From positions 513 to 64,512 of the forward strand of contig JACPYR010000027.1 in the NCBI GenBank assembly GCA_016195965.1: a stretch of DNA of 64,000 nt. The letters are read 5' to 3'. Positions 48,122 to 58,546 of this stretch are shown here, in pieces; the first letter of the stretch is position 1, and every line of letters starts with the position of its first letter. Both the position numbers and the translations under genes were made by a program. Below the pieces are notes generated by a model. It worked only from the letters and a program-made list of their open reading frames with translations, searched no databases and was not told the DNA's origin. The stretch comes from Nitrosomonadales bacterium (GTDB lineage Bacteria > Pseudomonadota > Gammaproteobacteria > Burkholderiales > Gallionellaceae).

Positions 48122-49051
48122 CTAATTTACGGAGAAATGATCGCCAACCTTGACTGGTATAGCCTGCAAAAATTGTGCTGCGGGCTGTGCTTTGCCGCCT
48201 GGGCGCTGGAGTATCTCCAGGCGCAAGGCGTTTTGGCCGCAGGCCACCGTGATGCCGTGCTTGGCCACATCGATCACCAGGCCGGGATCGCCGCTTTGAT
48301 CCAGGCATAGCCCGGCTTGCCAAATTTTTATCGCCGCACCGTGCAGGTTGGCGTGGCACACCGGAAAAGGATTGTATGCGCGCACCGCGCGTTCGATTTG
48401 CCTGGCATCCAGTCGCCAGTCGATCTGCGCTTCACCCTTGGTCAACTTGGCCGCATAACATGCCGTATCGTTATCCTGTTTCACGGGAGTCAAACGGTTT
48501 TCCTGCAATAACCGCAGCGATTCGAGGATGCTGCTGGCGCCCATTTCGGCCAATTTGTCATGCAGGGTTTGTGCGGTGTCGTTTGATGCGATCGGACAAG
48601 TGTGGCGCAGCAACATATTGCCGGTATCCAATCCCTCATCCATTTGCATGATCGTGATGCCGGTCTCTTGATCGCCGGCTAATATTGCGCGCTGTATCGG
48701 CGCCGCACCGCGCCAGCGCGGCAACAGCGAGGCGTGTATGTTTAAGCATCCATGGCGCGGCAGTTGCAGCACTGCCGTGGGCAAGATCAAACCATAAGCG
48801 GCTACCACCATCACATCGGCGTCAAGCATCGCAATTGTACGTTGCGCATCTGCGGTTTTTAAGGTGGTGGGCTGCAATACCGGCAAGCCATGCTGTAATG
48901 CGAGCTGTTTGACCGGGCTGGCCGCCAATTGCATGCCACGACCGGCAGGGCGATCAGGCTGAGTAAGCACAGCGACAATCCGGTGTTCCGAGAGCAACGC
49001 GGCCAGCGCGCTGGCCGCGAAATGGGGCGTACCGGCAAAAATAATTTTCAT
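48122..49051 (-). CDS. fmt: Methionyl-tRNA formyltransferase
   Basis: MKIIFAGTP, TQPDRPAGRG, NIHASLLPRWRGAAPI. Confidence 0.98.
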   Translation of the reverse strand: MKIIFAGTPHFAASALAALLSEHRIVAVLTQPDRPAGRGMQLAASPVKQLALQHGLPVLQPTTLKTADAQRTIAMLDADVMVVAAYGLILPTAVLQLPRHGCLNIHASLLPRWRGAAPIQRAILAGDQETGITIMQMDEGLDTGNMLLRHTCPIASNDTAQTLHDKLAEMGASSILESLRLLQENRLTPVKQDNDTACYAAKLTKGEAQIDWRLDARQIERAVRAYNPFPVCHANLHGAAIKIWQAGLCLDQSGDPGLVIDVAKHGITVACGQNALRLEILQRPGGKAQPAAQFLQAIPVKVGDHFSVN

Positions 49052-49097
49052 AACGGCCTCGGGAGGAAATCTGCCCAGTGGAGCAAGCAAAGAGGTT

Positions 49098-49601
49098 TTA
49101 CATAGTTTCGCGTAAGCGTTTTTTCAATTTTGCGCGTATCCGGGTTTGCTTGAGTTGCGACAGGTATTCGACAAATACTTTGCCTACCAAATGATCCATC
49201 TCATGCTGAATACAGACAGCCAACAAGCCTTCGGCATCCAGCGTAAAGGGTTCACCCTTTTCATTGAGCGCCCGCACGGTGACCTTTTCCGCGCGGCATA
49301 CCGTTTCATAAATGCCCGGTACCGACAAACACCCTTCTTCATAATCGCTGGAGCCGCTGCTGGCGATGATTTCCGGATTGATGAACACCTGCAATTGATC
49401 GTGGGTGTCGGAAACATCCACCACGATAATGCGTTCATGCACATCCACCTGCGTTGCGGCCAAGCCCACTCCGGGCGCAGCATACATGGTCTCGGCCATA
49501 TTGCGCACCAGCTTGCGGGTGCTTTCATCGACCCGTGCGACACTCTTCGCGACTTTGTGGAGGCGCTCGTCGGGATATTGCAAAATTTTCAAAATCGCCA
49601 T
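49098..49601 (-). CDS. def: Peptide deformylase
   Basis: [20 protein letters not shown]. Confidence 0.98.
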   Translation of the reverse strand: MAILKILQYPDERLHKVAKSVARVDESTRKLVRNMAETMYAAPGVGLAATQVDVHERIIVVDVSDTHDQLQVFINPEIIASSGSSDYEEGCLSVPGIYETVCRAEKVTVRALNEKGEPFTLDAEGLLAVCIQHEMDHLVGKVFVEYLSQLKQTRIRAKLKKRLRETM

Positions 49602-49702
49602 GCCTGTCCCAAAAATGCTTGCTAATTTAGTAGACTAGATGCAGAATTTAACGCAGCACAGCAACATTGCGTGCCCCTTATATCGACTCTGCCGGAGTTT
49701 CC

Positions 49703-50803
49703 ATGCGCAAGATTATATCGCTGATTTGCTTTTTATTACCCATTTTGGCTATAGCCGCCGAGTCTGAAAAACCTACGGATATCCTTTTGGATATTCGCAA
49801 CGATGCGCCGGATCGGCATGTCGTCGTCAAGGGCGATACTTTATGGGATATTTCCGGAAAATTTTTCAAGGACCCGTGGAAGTGGCCGCATATCTGGGGT
49901 ATCAACAAAGACACGATTAAAAATCCGCACTGGATTTATCCCGGAGATATGATTTATATCGACCGCCGCAATGGCACCTTGCATATTGGCCAAGTTGAAA
50001 CACAGGCAGGCGGCCAAACGGTTCAAGAGAAGGAAACGGCAGCTGACTCTCAGGCTGAAAGTGAAACGGGCGGGGTGGTAAGACTATCACCTAAAATACG
50101 TGAGAATCCCAGTTCGCACGATGCTATTCCGAGTATTCCGGCCAATGTCATCGCGCCATTTTTGACGCAGCCTCTGGTTGTTGAGACCGACGAGTTGAAG
50201 GATGCGCCAGCACTGATAGGCGCACGCGAAGGGCGTGTCATACTGGGTAAGGATGACATCGGTTTCGCCAAAAATTTACCCGCCGATAAAGGCAGCAAGT
50301 GGCAGATTTACCGTCCGGGTAAAACCTTTACAGACCCGGACACCGGTGAAGTATTGGGTGTCGAGGCTATCTATCTGGGCAAGGGTGAAGTGAAAAACTT
50401 TGCCGATGTAAGCACCGTTGCGATTACCCATTCTGTCCAGGAAATATACGCGGGTGATCGCCTGGTATTGCCTATGATTGAAGAAGCCAACAACTATTTG
50501 CCACGCGCGCCGGAAAGCAATATTTCCTCACGCGTGATTTCAGTATATGGCGGGGTATCCCAGGGTGGGCAAAATTCCATCATTACCCTGGATAAAGGCA
50601 TGCGCGATGGGCTGGCCAATGGCCATGTGCTGGCGCTCTACCGCAAAGGCGAAGTGGTTAAAAACGAAGGTCAAAATTATACTCTGCCGGATGAGCGCTA
50701 TGGTTTGGTGTTTGTGTTCCGCGTGTTTAACAAAGTCTCTTACGCGCTGGTGATGCAGACGAAATTGCCGGTGCAACTGTTGGATCGCGCAAATACCCCT
50801 TAA
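49703..50803 (+). CDS. LysM peptidoglycan-binding protein (TsaP-like)
   Basis: Signal peptide; HVVVKGDTLWDIS..PWKWP.IW..N..IKNPHWIYPG; def-lysM-dprA synteny. Confidence 0.9.
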   Translation: MRKIISLICFLLPILAIAAESEKPTDILLDIRNDAPDRHVVVKGDTLWDISGKFFKDPWKWPHIWGINKDTIKNPHWIYPGDMIYIDRRNGTLHIGQVETQAGGQTVQEKETAADSQAESETGGVVRLSPKIRENPSSHDAIPSIPANVIAPFLTQPLVVETDELKDAPALIGAREGRVILGKDDIGFAKNLPADKGSKWQIYRPGKTFTDPDTGEVLGVEAIYLGKGEVKNFADVSTVAITHSVQEIYAGDRLVLPMIEEANNYLPRAPESNISSRVISVYGGVSQGGQNSIITLDKGMRDGLANGHVLALYRKGEVVKNEGQNYTLPDERYGLVFVFRVFNKVSYALVMQTKLPVQLLDRANTP

Positions 50804-50806
50804 ACA

Positions 50807-51910
50807 ATGAGCGTCGATGCATCGCTCAAGGCATGGCTTACTCTAAGCCTGATACGGGGCTTGGGCGGCGAGGGCGCGCGCCGCCTGTTAAAAGAGTTTG
50901 GTTCGCCGGAAGCGGTTTTCGCCGCTTCCCTCAGCACTCTCAAGTCGGTTGTTAAAGCGGAGGTCGCCACAGAAATCGGCAAAGGCATTGCCGATGAAGC
51001 CGTTGCAGCGACTCTGGCTTGGCTGGAAGACAAGAACAACCACATTGTCACGCTTGCAGATAGCGATTACCCGCAAGCGCTGCTGAATATCTCCGATCCG
51101 CCGCTGCTGCTGTATGTGAAGGGCAGGCTGGACCTGCTCAATCGTCCGGCGTTGGCTATTGTCGGCAGTCGCAGCGCCACACCGCAAGGAATTAACAACG
51201 CAGAGGCGTTTGCCAAGTCGTTGAGTGCATCTGGGCTGTGCATCATAAGCGGTTTGGCGCACGGTATTGATGCCGCAGCGCATCGGGGTGCATTGCGTGG
51301 CCAAGGCAATAACCAGGGCAGCAGTATTGCCGTAGTGGGCACTGGTCTGGATAAGGTGTATCCAGCCGCGAATCGGGATTTGGCGCACGCCCTCGCGCAA
51401 CAGGGCGCGCTCATTTCCGAATTCCCGCTGGCCACCCCGCCGCTGGCGGCCAACTTCCCGCGACGCAATCGCCTTATCAGTGGTATGAGCGTCGGCTGCC
51501 TGGTGGTGGAAGCGTCGTTGCAAAGCGGCTCCCTGATCACCGCACGGTTGGCGCTGGAACAAGGCCGGGATGTATTTGCGATACCAGGTTCGATACACGC
51601 CCCGCAAAGTAAAGGTTGCCACAAGTTGCTCAAGCAAGGCGCCAAACTGGTCGAGTCGGCGCAGGATGTTCTGGAAGAACTCGGCGGCCGATTTGTTGCC
51701 ATCGCATCGACGGATAATTCCGGCCATGCGGCGCCAGCTGTGCAAACTGCCGCGCTGTTTGAACATCTGGGCTACGATCCTGTGGACATAGACACACTGA
51801 GTGCGCATAGTAGCTTGACGGTAAGCCAGCTATCCGCCATGCTGTTGGAACTTGAACTGAGTGGGCAGGTATGTGTGCTGCCCGGCGGTTTATACCAACG
51901 TATCAATTAA
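50807..51910 (+). CDS. dprA: DNA-processing protein DprA
   Basis: AIVGSR, ISGLAHGIDAAAH, NFPRRNRLISG, SGSLITA. Confidence 0.97.
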   Translation: MSVDASLKAWLTLSLIRGLGGEGARRLLKEFGSPEAVFAASLSTLKSVVKAEVATEIGKGIADEAVAATLAWLEDKNNHIVTLADSDYPQALLNISDPPLLLYVKGRLDLLNRPALAIVGSRSATPQGINNAEAFAKSLSASGLCIISGLAHGIDAAAHRGALRGQGNNQGSSIAVVGTGLDKVYPAANRDLAHALAQQGALISEFPLATPPLAANFPRRNRLISGMSVGCLVVEASLQSGSLITARLALEQGRDVFAIPGSIHAPQSKGCHKLLKQGAKLVESAQDVLEELGGRFVAIASTDNSGHAAPAVQTAALFEHLGYDPVDIDTLSAHSSLTVSQLSAMLLELELSGQVCVLPGGLYQRIN

Positions 51911-51925
51911 CTCACTGCGTAAATT

Positions 51926-52381
51926 ATGTTTGAAATTTTGATGTACTTGTTTGAAAGTTATTTTGACGCAGGCAGTTATCCTGAGCCAGACAAGCTATCG
52001 CGCAAACTTTCCGCCGCAGGTTTTGAGGGTGAAGAAATCGACGAGGCTTTGACCTGGCTGTCCGCGTTACAGGAGCAAAATCCAGATAGTTATCCGGACA
52101 GTCTGGAACATACCGGGCACCGGCATTTTGCCGAACTCGAATTGCAGCTTATCAGCGACGAAGCCCGCCAATATCTGTTGTTTGCCGAAAGTCAGCACCT
52201 GATTTCGGCTGTCGAGCGGGAAATGATCATCGATCGTTCGGTTGCGCTGAAGCAGGAAAATCTTTCGCTGGATAAGCTCAAGCTGATCATGTTAATGGTA
52301 TTGTGGAATCGCCATCAAGATCTCGATCCGTTGTTGATCGAGGAATTGCTGACTCCTTTGCATTCGGCACAACTGCACTGA
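51926..52381 (+). CDS. smg: Smg/DUF494 family protein
   Basis: MFEILMYLFESY, LSAAGF..EI..AL.WL, LKLIMLMVLW. Confidence 0.92.
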   Translation: MFEILMYLFESYFDAGSYPEPDKLSRKLSAAGFEGEEIDEALTWLSALQEQNPDSYPDSLEHTGHRHFAELELQLISDEARQYLLFAESQHLISAVEREMIIDRSVALKQENLSLDKLKLIMLMVLWNRHQDLDPLLIEELLTPLHSAQLH

Positions 52382-52432
52382 ACGCCAAGCTTTAAACCCT
52401 GATTGAAAAACGGATAAACCCAGACCACGCGC

Positions 52433-55096
52433 ATGGCAACTAATTTACTGATCGTCGAGTCACCGGCCAAAGCCAAGACGTTGCAAAAATATCTGGGCAA
52501 GGATTTTGCAATCCTCGCCTCGTATGGACACGTGCGCGACCTGATTCCCAAAACTGGTGCAGTTGATCCAGAAAATGGCTTTGCGATGAAGTACGAAACC
52601 ATCGCGCGCAACAGCAAGCATATGGATGCGATCGCGAAGGCGGCAGCGGCAGCGGATAACATCTATCTGGCACCCGACCCGGATCGCGAAGGTGAGGCGA
52701 TTGCCTGGCATATTGCCGAGTTGCTCAAAGCCAAGCGCGGCATGAAGAACAAGAACATGAAACGCGTGGTGTTCTATGAGATCACCCAATCTGCGGTGCG
52801 CGAGGCAGTTGCGCATCCCCGCGAAATTTCGCAGCCGCTGGTGAACGCTCAGCAGGCGCGCCGCGCACTCGATTATCTGGTCGGCTTCAATCTGTCTCCA
52901 CTGCTGTGGCGCAAGATACGCACCGGCCTGTCGGCAGGGCGCGTGCAAAGCCCGGCGTTGCGGATGATCGTCGAGCGCGAACTGGAGATCGAGGCATTCA
53001 AGAGCCAGGAATACTGGACCGTGCATCTTGATACCAACAAGGATCATCTGCCGTTTACCGCCAAGCTGTTTCAGTATCAGGGCAAAAAGCTGGAGCAGCT
53101 CAGCATAGCCAGCCAGGCCGAATACGATGCTATCCATGCCAAAATCAACGATGCCAAGCTACCGCCGAAGGTGGTGCGCGTCGAGAAGAAAGCCAAGCAG
53201 CGTTACGCCGCCGCACCTTTCACCACGTCCACCTTGCAGCAGGAAGCCGTGCGCAAACTCGGCATGACTGCAGACCGTACGATGCGCACCGCGCAATCGC
53301 TGTATGAAGGTGTGGACATTGGAGGTCAGACCGTCGGTCTGATTTCCTATATGCGTACCGACTCGGTCTCGCTGGCCAAGGAAGCTGTGCAGGAAATCCG
53401 CGACTACATCAAGGATAATTTCTCGTCGGAATATCTGCCCAGCACCCAGCCGGTCTTCAAGAGCAAGACCAAGAACGCGCAGGAGTCGCATGAGGCGATA
53501 CGCCCGACGTCTATCCTGCGTACGCCGGACAGCATACGCGACCATCTGACCGCGGATCAGGCGCGCCTCTACGAAATGATCTGGAAGCGCACGCTGGCCT
53601 GCCAGATGTCACCGGCACGTTTCGATACCGTCAGCGTGGACATACGCCTGGGCGGAGACACCACGCTGTTCCGCGCCAACGGTCAGGTGCTGGTATTCCC
53701 CGGTTTCATCGGTGTGTACATGGAAGACGTGGACGACGCCACAGAAGAGGAAGGCGGCAAGCTGCCGCCGCTGGCCGAAGGCGATGTGCTGACTATAGAC
53801 AAGCTGTACGGCGAACAGCACTTCACCCAGCCGCCGCCGCGTTACTCGGAAGCCAGCCTGGTCAAGGCGCTAGAAGAGCACGGCATCGGCAGACCCTCCA
53901 CTTACGCGACCATCATCTCCACGCTGCAGGCGCGCGAATATGCGGTGCTGGACAAGAAGCGCTTCATGCCTACCGATGTCGGGCGCGTCGTGACGCGCTT
54001 TCTCACTGACCATTTCACCCGCTATGTGGATTACGGCTTTACCGCCCACCTCGAAGACGAGCTGGATGAAGTGTCCGAGGGCAAGCGCGACTGGATAGGC
54101 GTGATGGGCGAGTTCTGGAAAGGCTTCTCCAAGCTGATCAAGGAGAAGGCAGACATCGACCGCCCGGTGGAGTTGATCGACGAAGCCTGCCCGGAGTGCG
54201 GCAAGCCGCTCGCAAAAAAGCTCAGCCGCTACGGCAGTTTCATCAGCTGCACCAATTATCCGGAATGCAAATACAAACGCAGCCTCAGCGGCGAATCTCA
54301 GGACGATGCCTCGACCAGAGTGGAACTGGGCGCGCATCCGGACACTCAGCAGGTCGTGCTGCTGCTGCGCGGCCCTTATGGTCACTACGTGCAACTCGGC
54401 GAAGTGTTGGAAGGCGAGAAGACTAAGCCCAAGCGTGTCTCATGGCCCAAGGAAATGCCGCTCGAACAGGCCGACCTGGCCAGCGCATTAAAGCTGCTCG
54501 CGTTGCCGCGCGAACTCGGCGCACATCCAGAGTCCGGCAAAAAGGTCATCGTCAACATAGGCCGCTTCGGCCCCTACATCGGCCACGACGGCAAGTTCAA
54601 ATCCATACCCAAGACTGACAGCATCTTCGAAATCGGCCTGGATCGCGCGGTGGAATTGTTGGCGCAGGCTCGCGATGGCAACACCGTGTTACGCGTGCTG
54701 GGCGATCACCCGGACGACAAGGCCAGCGTGGAAATCTGCAGCGGACGCTACGGCCCCTATGCGCGCCACGGCAAGATCAACGCCACGCTACCCAAGGGCG
54801 TCTCACCGGATGACATTACACTGGAAGAAGCGCTGGAGCTGATCGCGGCCAAGGCTGCGAAGGGGGACAGCAAGCCAGGAAAATCCAAGAAGCCGGCAGC
54901 TAAAACCGCTAAAGCCCAAGCTGCTCCCAAGGAAACCAAGCCCAAGACAGTGAAGAAGACCACGACTGCCAAAGTTGCTACCGCCAAGACCGCGACCACC
55001 AAAGCGAAGACTGTAAGCAGAACCAGCAAAACGGTCGTGAAAAAAGCTGCCGCCACCAAGGTATCGAAACCTGCCGCCAAGAAATCGGTTAAGTGA
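52433..55096 (+). CDS. topA: DNA topoisomerase I (type IA)
   Basis: LIVESPAKAKT, DPDREGEAI, SAGRVQS, ISYMRTDS; one Zn ribbon, three Topo_C repeats and a Lys-rich tail. Confidence 0.98.
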   Translation: MATNLLIVESPAKAKTLQKYLGKDFAILASYGHVRDLIPKTGAVDPENGFAMKYETIARNSKHMDAIAKAAAAADNIYLAPDPDREGEAIAWHIAELLKAKRGMKNKNMKRVVFYEITQSAVREAVAHPREISQPLVNAQQARRALDYLVGFNLSPLLWRKIRTGLSAGRVQSPALRMIVERELEIEAFKSQEYWTVHLDTNKDHLPFTAKLFQYQGKKLEQLSIASQAEYDAIHAKINDAKLPPKVVRVEKKAKQRYAAAPFTTSTLQQEAVRKLGMTADRTMRTAQSLYEGVDIGGQTVGLISYMRTDSVSLAKEAVQEIRDYIKDNFSSEYLPSTQPVFKSKTKNAQESHEAIRPTSILRTPDSIRDHLTADQARLYEMIWKRTLACQMSPARFDTVSVDIRLGGDTTLFRANGQVLVFPGFIGVYMEDVDDATEEEGGKLPPLAEGDVLTIDKLYGEQHFTQPPPRYSEASLVKALEEHGIGRPSTYATIISTLQAREYAVLDKKRFMPTDVGRVVTRFLTDHFTRYVDYGFTAHLEDELDEVSEGKRDWIGVMGEFWKGFSKLIKEKADIDRPVELIDEACPECGKPLAKKLSRYGSFISCTNYPECKYKRSLSGESQDDASTRVELGAHPDTQQVVLLLRGPYGHYVQLGEVLEGEKTKPKRVSWPKEMPLEQADLASALKLLALPRELGAHPESGKKVIVNIGRFGPYIGHDGKFKSIPKTDSIFEIGLDRAVELLAQARDGNTVLRVLGDHPDDKASVEICSGRYGPYARHGKINATLPKGVSPDDITLEEALELIAAKAAKGDSKPGKSKKPAAKTAKAQAAPKETKPKTVKKTTTAKVATAKTATTKAKTVSRTSKTVVKKAAATKVSKPAAKKSVK

Positions 55097-55207
55097 TCAT
55101 TGATTGATCGCGTCACCAGGTAAATCCCTTGCACTAGCCGGCAGGCGTCTTGCCTTTACAAATCCAAAATTTATCGAGTAGCATGCGGGTCCCACTTGGT
55201 AGAAACT

Positions 55208-57151
55208 ATGGCACATAAAACCGTCATATCGTTGCTCGCCGCGCTACTGGTGTTTGTCATTGCTATGGCCTGTTATACGCAGGGCTTTTTTGATAAACCC
55301 GAATTATTCGCCTACGATGTTCAGGCGAGACTGTTACGTTCCGAAAAAGCCACCGATAACAAGATCAAGGTCATCCTCGTGGACGAGGCGGCGCTCAGGT
55401 CCATGTCGGATATTGCGGGCAGATGGCCATGGCCTCGCGCCATCTGGTCCGACCTGCTCGACTTCCTGTCCATCGGCGGTGCGCGTACAGTGTTGTTCGA
55501 TATTTTGTTTCTGGAAAAACAGGACAAAGTAAACGACAAGGCGCTTTACAACGCGACGAAAGCCGCGCAGAACGTCTACCACAGCATGTTGATTGCGCGG
55601 GAAGAGGCGGACAAAGAAGCAAACAATGAAGCGGTAGGCAAACCTCTTCCGGTTGAATTTATTAACCGCTTCGCGCAAAAGCAAGTGACGGGATCATTTA
55701 ATCTTAAGCCTGGCACAGAGAACAACGACTTCGCATTACCCATTGCCAATCTGTCTGAAGCTTCCAGAGGTGTAGCCGTAGTCGAGTTTACCCCAGACAG
55801 CGATAATGGAAACCGGCGCACCAAGCTCTTGCGGGAATATCAGGGCAAATACTTTCCAGTGCTGGGTCTGGCACCTTTCATCGACAGCAGCACGCCGATC
55901 AATTTTCAAAGCAATGCCATAGAGGTCAACGACCGCACCATTCCGATCGACGAAAACGGCAACACCCTCATCAATATGTATGGCTTGAACAAGGTCGAGA
56001 CCTATTCGATGAGCGGGATTTTCGCATCGCTGCAGAAGATCAGGCAGGGTGAAGTGGAGAACCTTTTGGTGAGCCCGGAGCTATTCAAGGATAGCATCGT
56101 GTTCATTGGCACCAGTGCCATCGGCACCTCGGATCTTAAGGCCATACCGATGTCAGCCAGCGCGCCCGGCGTGATGCTGCATGCCTTTCTGGCCAACAAT
56201 TATCTGCAGAACGATTTCATGAGGCCGCCCGACAAGCGCTTGACTTACCTCTCGATGCTGATCGGAGTATTCCTTACGTCCTGGGCGGTGATGTTCTCGA
56301 AACAACTCTCGATCAGGATTTTGTTTCCGCTAGCGATGCTCGCTACCTACATAGCCTATGCGCTGGTCTCTTTTAAGCTGAATGCGCAGGTTGAAATCGT
56401 GCCGTTTATTTTTTCCACTTTCACTACCGGCTTTCTTTCATACGGCTATCTGACCTTCACCGAAGGGTATGAAAAACGCCGGGTTGCCCACCTCTTTACT
56501 CAGTACGTATCCAAGGAGGTGCTCGACGAGATCATGAATAATTACCAGGAATATTTGAAGTCGAGCGCGGGCCAGAAAGTTGAAATCACGGTGCTGTTTT
56601 CCGATATACGCGGGTTTACGACCATGTCGGAAACTACACCGCCGGAAAAAATCGTTGAAATGCTGAATGTGCATTTCACGGTGATGGCGGACATCATCCT
56701 GAAGCATAACGGCACGATAGACAAATATATCGGCGATGCGATCATGGCTTTCTGGGGAGCGCCGGTACAATCCTCCGACCATGCCGAACAGGCGGTGCTG
56801 GCCGGACAGGAGATGCTGGAAGGGCTCAAGGAAGTCAACCGGATACTCAGGGAGCGCGGCTTCGAGCATGAGATCAAAATCGGCATCGGCATCAACACCG
56901 GTCCTGTCACGATAGGCAATATCGGTTCGGAAAAAAAGAAGAATTACACGGTTGTCGGCGATGCGGTCAATCTTTCTTCCAGGCTCGAAAGCATCACCAA
57001 GGAATATGCAACGCCGCTGCTGTTATCGGAGTACACCTATGGGAAGATCAAGGATAAGATAGACTGCAAACGCATCGGCAATGTGAAGGTGAAGGGCAGG
57101 GAGCAGCCGGTCGATATCTATACCGTGGAAGAGCAGCGGGCGCTGCAATAG
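55208..57151 (+). CDS. CHASE2-domain class III adenylate cyclase
   Basis: CHASE2 motifs (VDE.AL..GRWPWPR, FDILF.E, PGVMLHA), three TM helices, then FSDIRGFT, DKYIGDAIMAFWGAP and YTVVGDAVNLSSRLE. Confidence 0.93.
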   Translation: MAHKTVISLLAALLVFVIAMACYTQGFFDKPELFAYDVQARLLRSEKATDNKIKVILVDEAALRSMSDIAGRWPWPRAIWSDLLDFLSIGGARTVLFDILFLEKQDKVNDKALYNATKAAQNVYHSMLIAREEADKEANNEAVGKPLPVEFINRFAQKQVTGSFNLKPGTENNDFALPIANLSEASRGVAVVEFTPDSDNGNRRTKLLREYQGKYFPVLGLAPFIDSSTPINFQSNAIEVNDRTIPIDENGNTLINMYGLNKVETYSMSGIFASLQKIRQGEVENLLVSPELFKDSIVFIGTSAIGTSDLKAIPMSASAPGVMLHAFLANNYLQNDFMRPPDKRLTYLSMLIGVFLTSWAVMFSKQLSIRILFPLAMLATYIAYALVSFKLNAQVEIVPFIFSTFTTGFLSYGYLTFTEGYEKRRVAHLFTQYVSKEVLDEIMNNYQEYLKSSAGQKVEITVLFSDIRGFTTMSETTPPEKIVEMLNVHFTVMADIILKHNGTIDKYIGDAIMAFWGAPVQSSDHAEQAVLAGQEMLEGLKEVNRILRERGFEHEIKIGIGINTGPVTIGNIGSEKKKNYTVVGDAVNLSSRLESITKEYATPLLLSEYTYGKIKDKIDCKRIGNVKVKGREQPVDIYTVEEQRALQ

Positions 57152-57207
57152 ACTGCCCTCGCACGGAATTTGGGAATAGGGATTCGTGTTTATGCATGGA
57201 GGAAACG

Positions 57208-57690
57208 ATGAAAAAGCAATTGGCATCATGCGCGGTATTTTGTGTATTCCTGTTTTGCGCTGGCGCGCTCCATGCGCAGGCCTATTATGTTCAAAGCATC
57301 AGCGCTAAAGTCAGGGCCGAGCCCTCTTTTAAGGCCAAGGTGATAGCTGAAGTCGGCAAGGGAAAAATGCTCACCGCTACGGGTCTGGAAGGCAGCTGGA
57401 TAAAAGTCAAAATCGATAGCGTGGACGGATACATTCCTTCGCTGCTGCTCTCCACCCATCCACCCCTTGCAACCACGGTAGTTATCAAGGCAGAAGATAC
57501 CGAGATCAAACAGGGCGTGCGTCGCAGGGCATCGTCTTTTTCAAGTGCGGCCGCCGCCCGAGGATTGACCAAAGAGGACAGGCAGCGCGATAGCATAGAG
57601 GAGGGGGCCAATTACAACGATCTTAAGAAGATGGAATCGTTGCATATACCCGCTGATGAAGTCACGCGCTTTAACGAAGGGGGAAAGTAA
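57208..57690 (+). CDS. Secreted SH3b-domain protein
   Basis: RBS GGAGG, signal peptide, VRAEPS.KAKVI..V.KG...GSWIKV...DGYI, then AAAARGL. Confidence 0.85.
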   Translation: MKKQLASCAVFCVFLFCAGALHAQAYYVQSISAKVRAEPSFKAKVIAEVGKGKMLTATGLEGSWIKVKIDSVDGYIPSLLLSTHPPLATTVVIKAEDTEIKQGVRRRASSFSSAAAARGLTKEDRQRDSIEEGANYNDLKKMESLHIPADEVTRFNEGGK

Positions 57691-58523
57691 TGAGGCCCAG
57701 CATGTTCATTACGCTGGTTGCGTTAGCGGCGCTTGCAACACCATCTTACGCCGGTGAAAATTGGCGCGAACGGGCGTCAGCCGAAGAAACGGTTACTTCG
57801 AGCGACATCTCGGCGGAGGTCGCGTTTGGCAGGGAAATTGCCGCAAAGATATTGGGCAAATACAAACCATACGATAACCCTGCATTGATCAAATACGTCA
57901 GCTTGGTCGGGCTGACGCTGGCGCGCAGCACGAACAGGCCGGAGTTGGAATATCACTTCATGGTTCTCGATGCCAATGACGTGAATGCCTATGCAGCGCC
58001 GGGAGGCTATGTGTTTATTACCAGGGGCGCGTTGCTGCTGATGAAAGATGAGTCAGAACTGGCGGGAGCACTCGCCCATGAAATTGCACACGTCACCGAA
58101 AAGCATGTCGTGAAGGAGCTGAAAATCAAGGGAGCAGATGATTCGGCGATATCGGGGCTTGCGCAGCTGGTGGGCGGCAGTTCCGAATCGGCGCGGGCTG
58201 CTTTTTCTCAGGTGGTCGATCAGGGTCTCGAAATGATCATCAAGAATGGCTATAAACGTGAAGATGAATTGCAGGCAGACAAGAGCGCGGTCACCATCAG
58301 TGCGCTTAGCGGTTATAACTCCATCGGTCTCGCCAAGTATCTGGACCGCATCGGTACAATTAAAGAAAAAGCTGCTGAGCCGCCGGATTCAACCCATCCG
58401 ACCTTCACGACCAGGATCGCGCAGATCAACGATGTCATTTTGAAAGAAGGCATCAATACCAGCGAATTGTCTACCAACAAGGAGCGTTTCGCGGCAACGC
58501 TCAAGGGCCTGAAGAAATCCTAG
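57690..58523 (+). CDS. Secreted M48 family metallopeptidase
   Basis: Signal peptide, VNAYAAPGGYVFITRG, ELAGALAHEIAH, EDELQAD, STHP...RI. Confidence 0.92.
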   Translation: MRPSMFITLVALAALATPSYAGENWRERASAEETVTSSDISAEVAFGREIAAKILGKYKPYDNPALIKYVSLVGLTLARSTNRPELEYHFMVLDANDVNAYAAPGGYVFITRGALLLMKDESELAGALAHEIAHVTEKHVVKELKIKGADDSAISGLAQLVGGSSESARAAFSQVVDQGLEMIIKNGYKREDELQADKSAVTISALSGYNSIGLAKYLDRIGTIKEKAAEPPDSTHPTFTTRIAQINDVILKEGINTSELSTNKERFAATLKGLKKS

Positions 58524-58546
58524 CATGCTAAATTCATGCGTCCACA

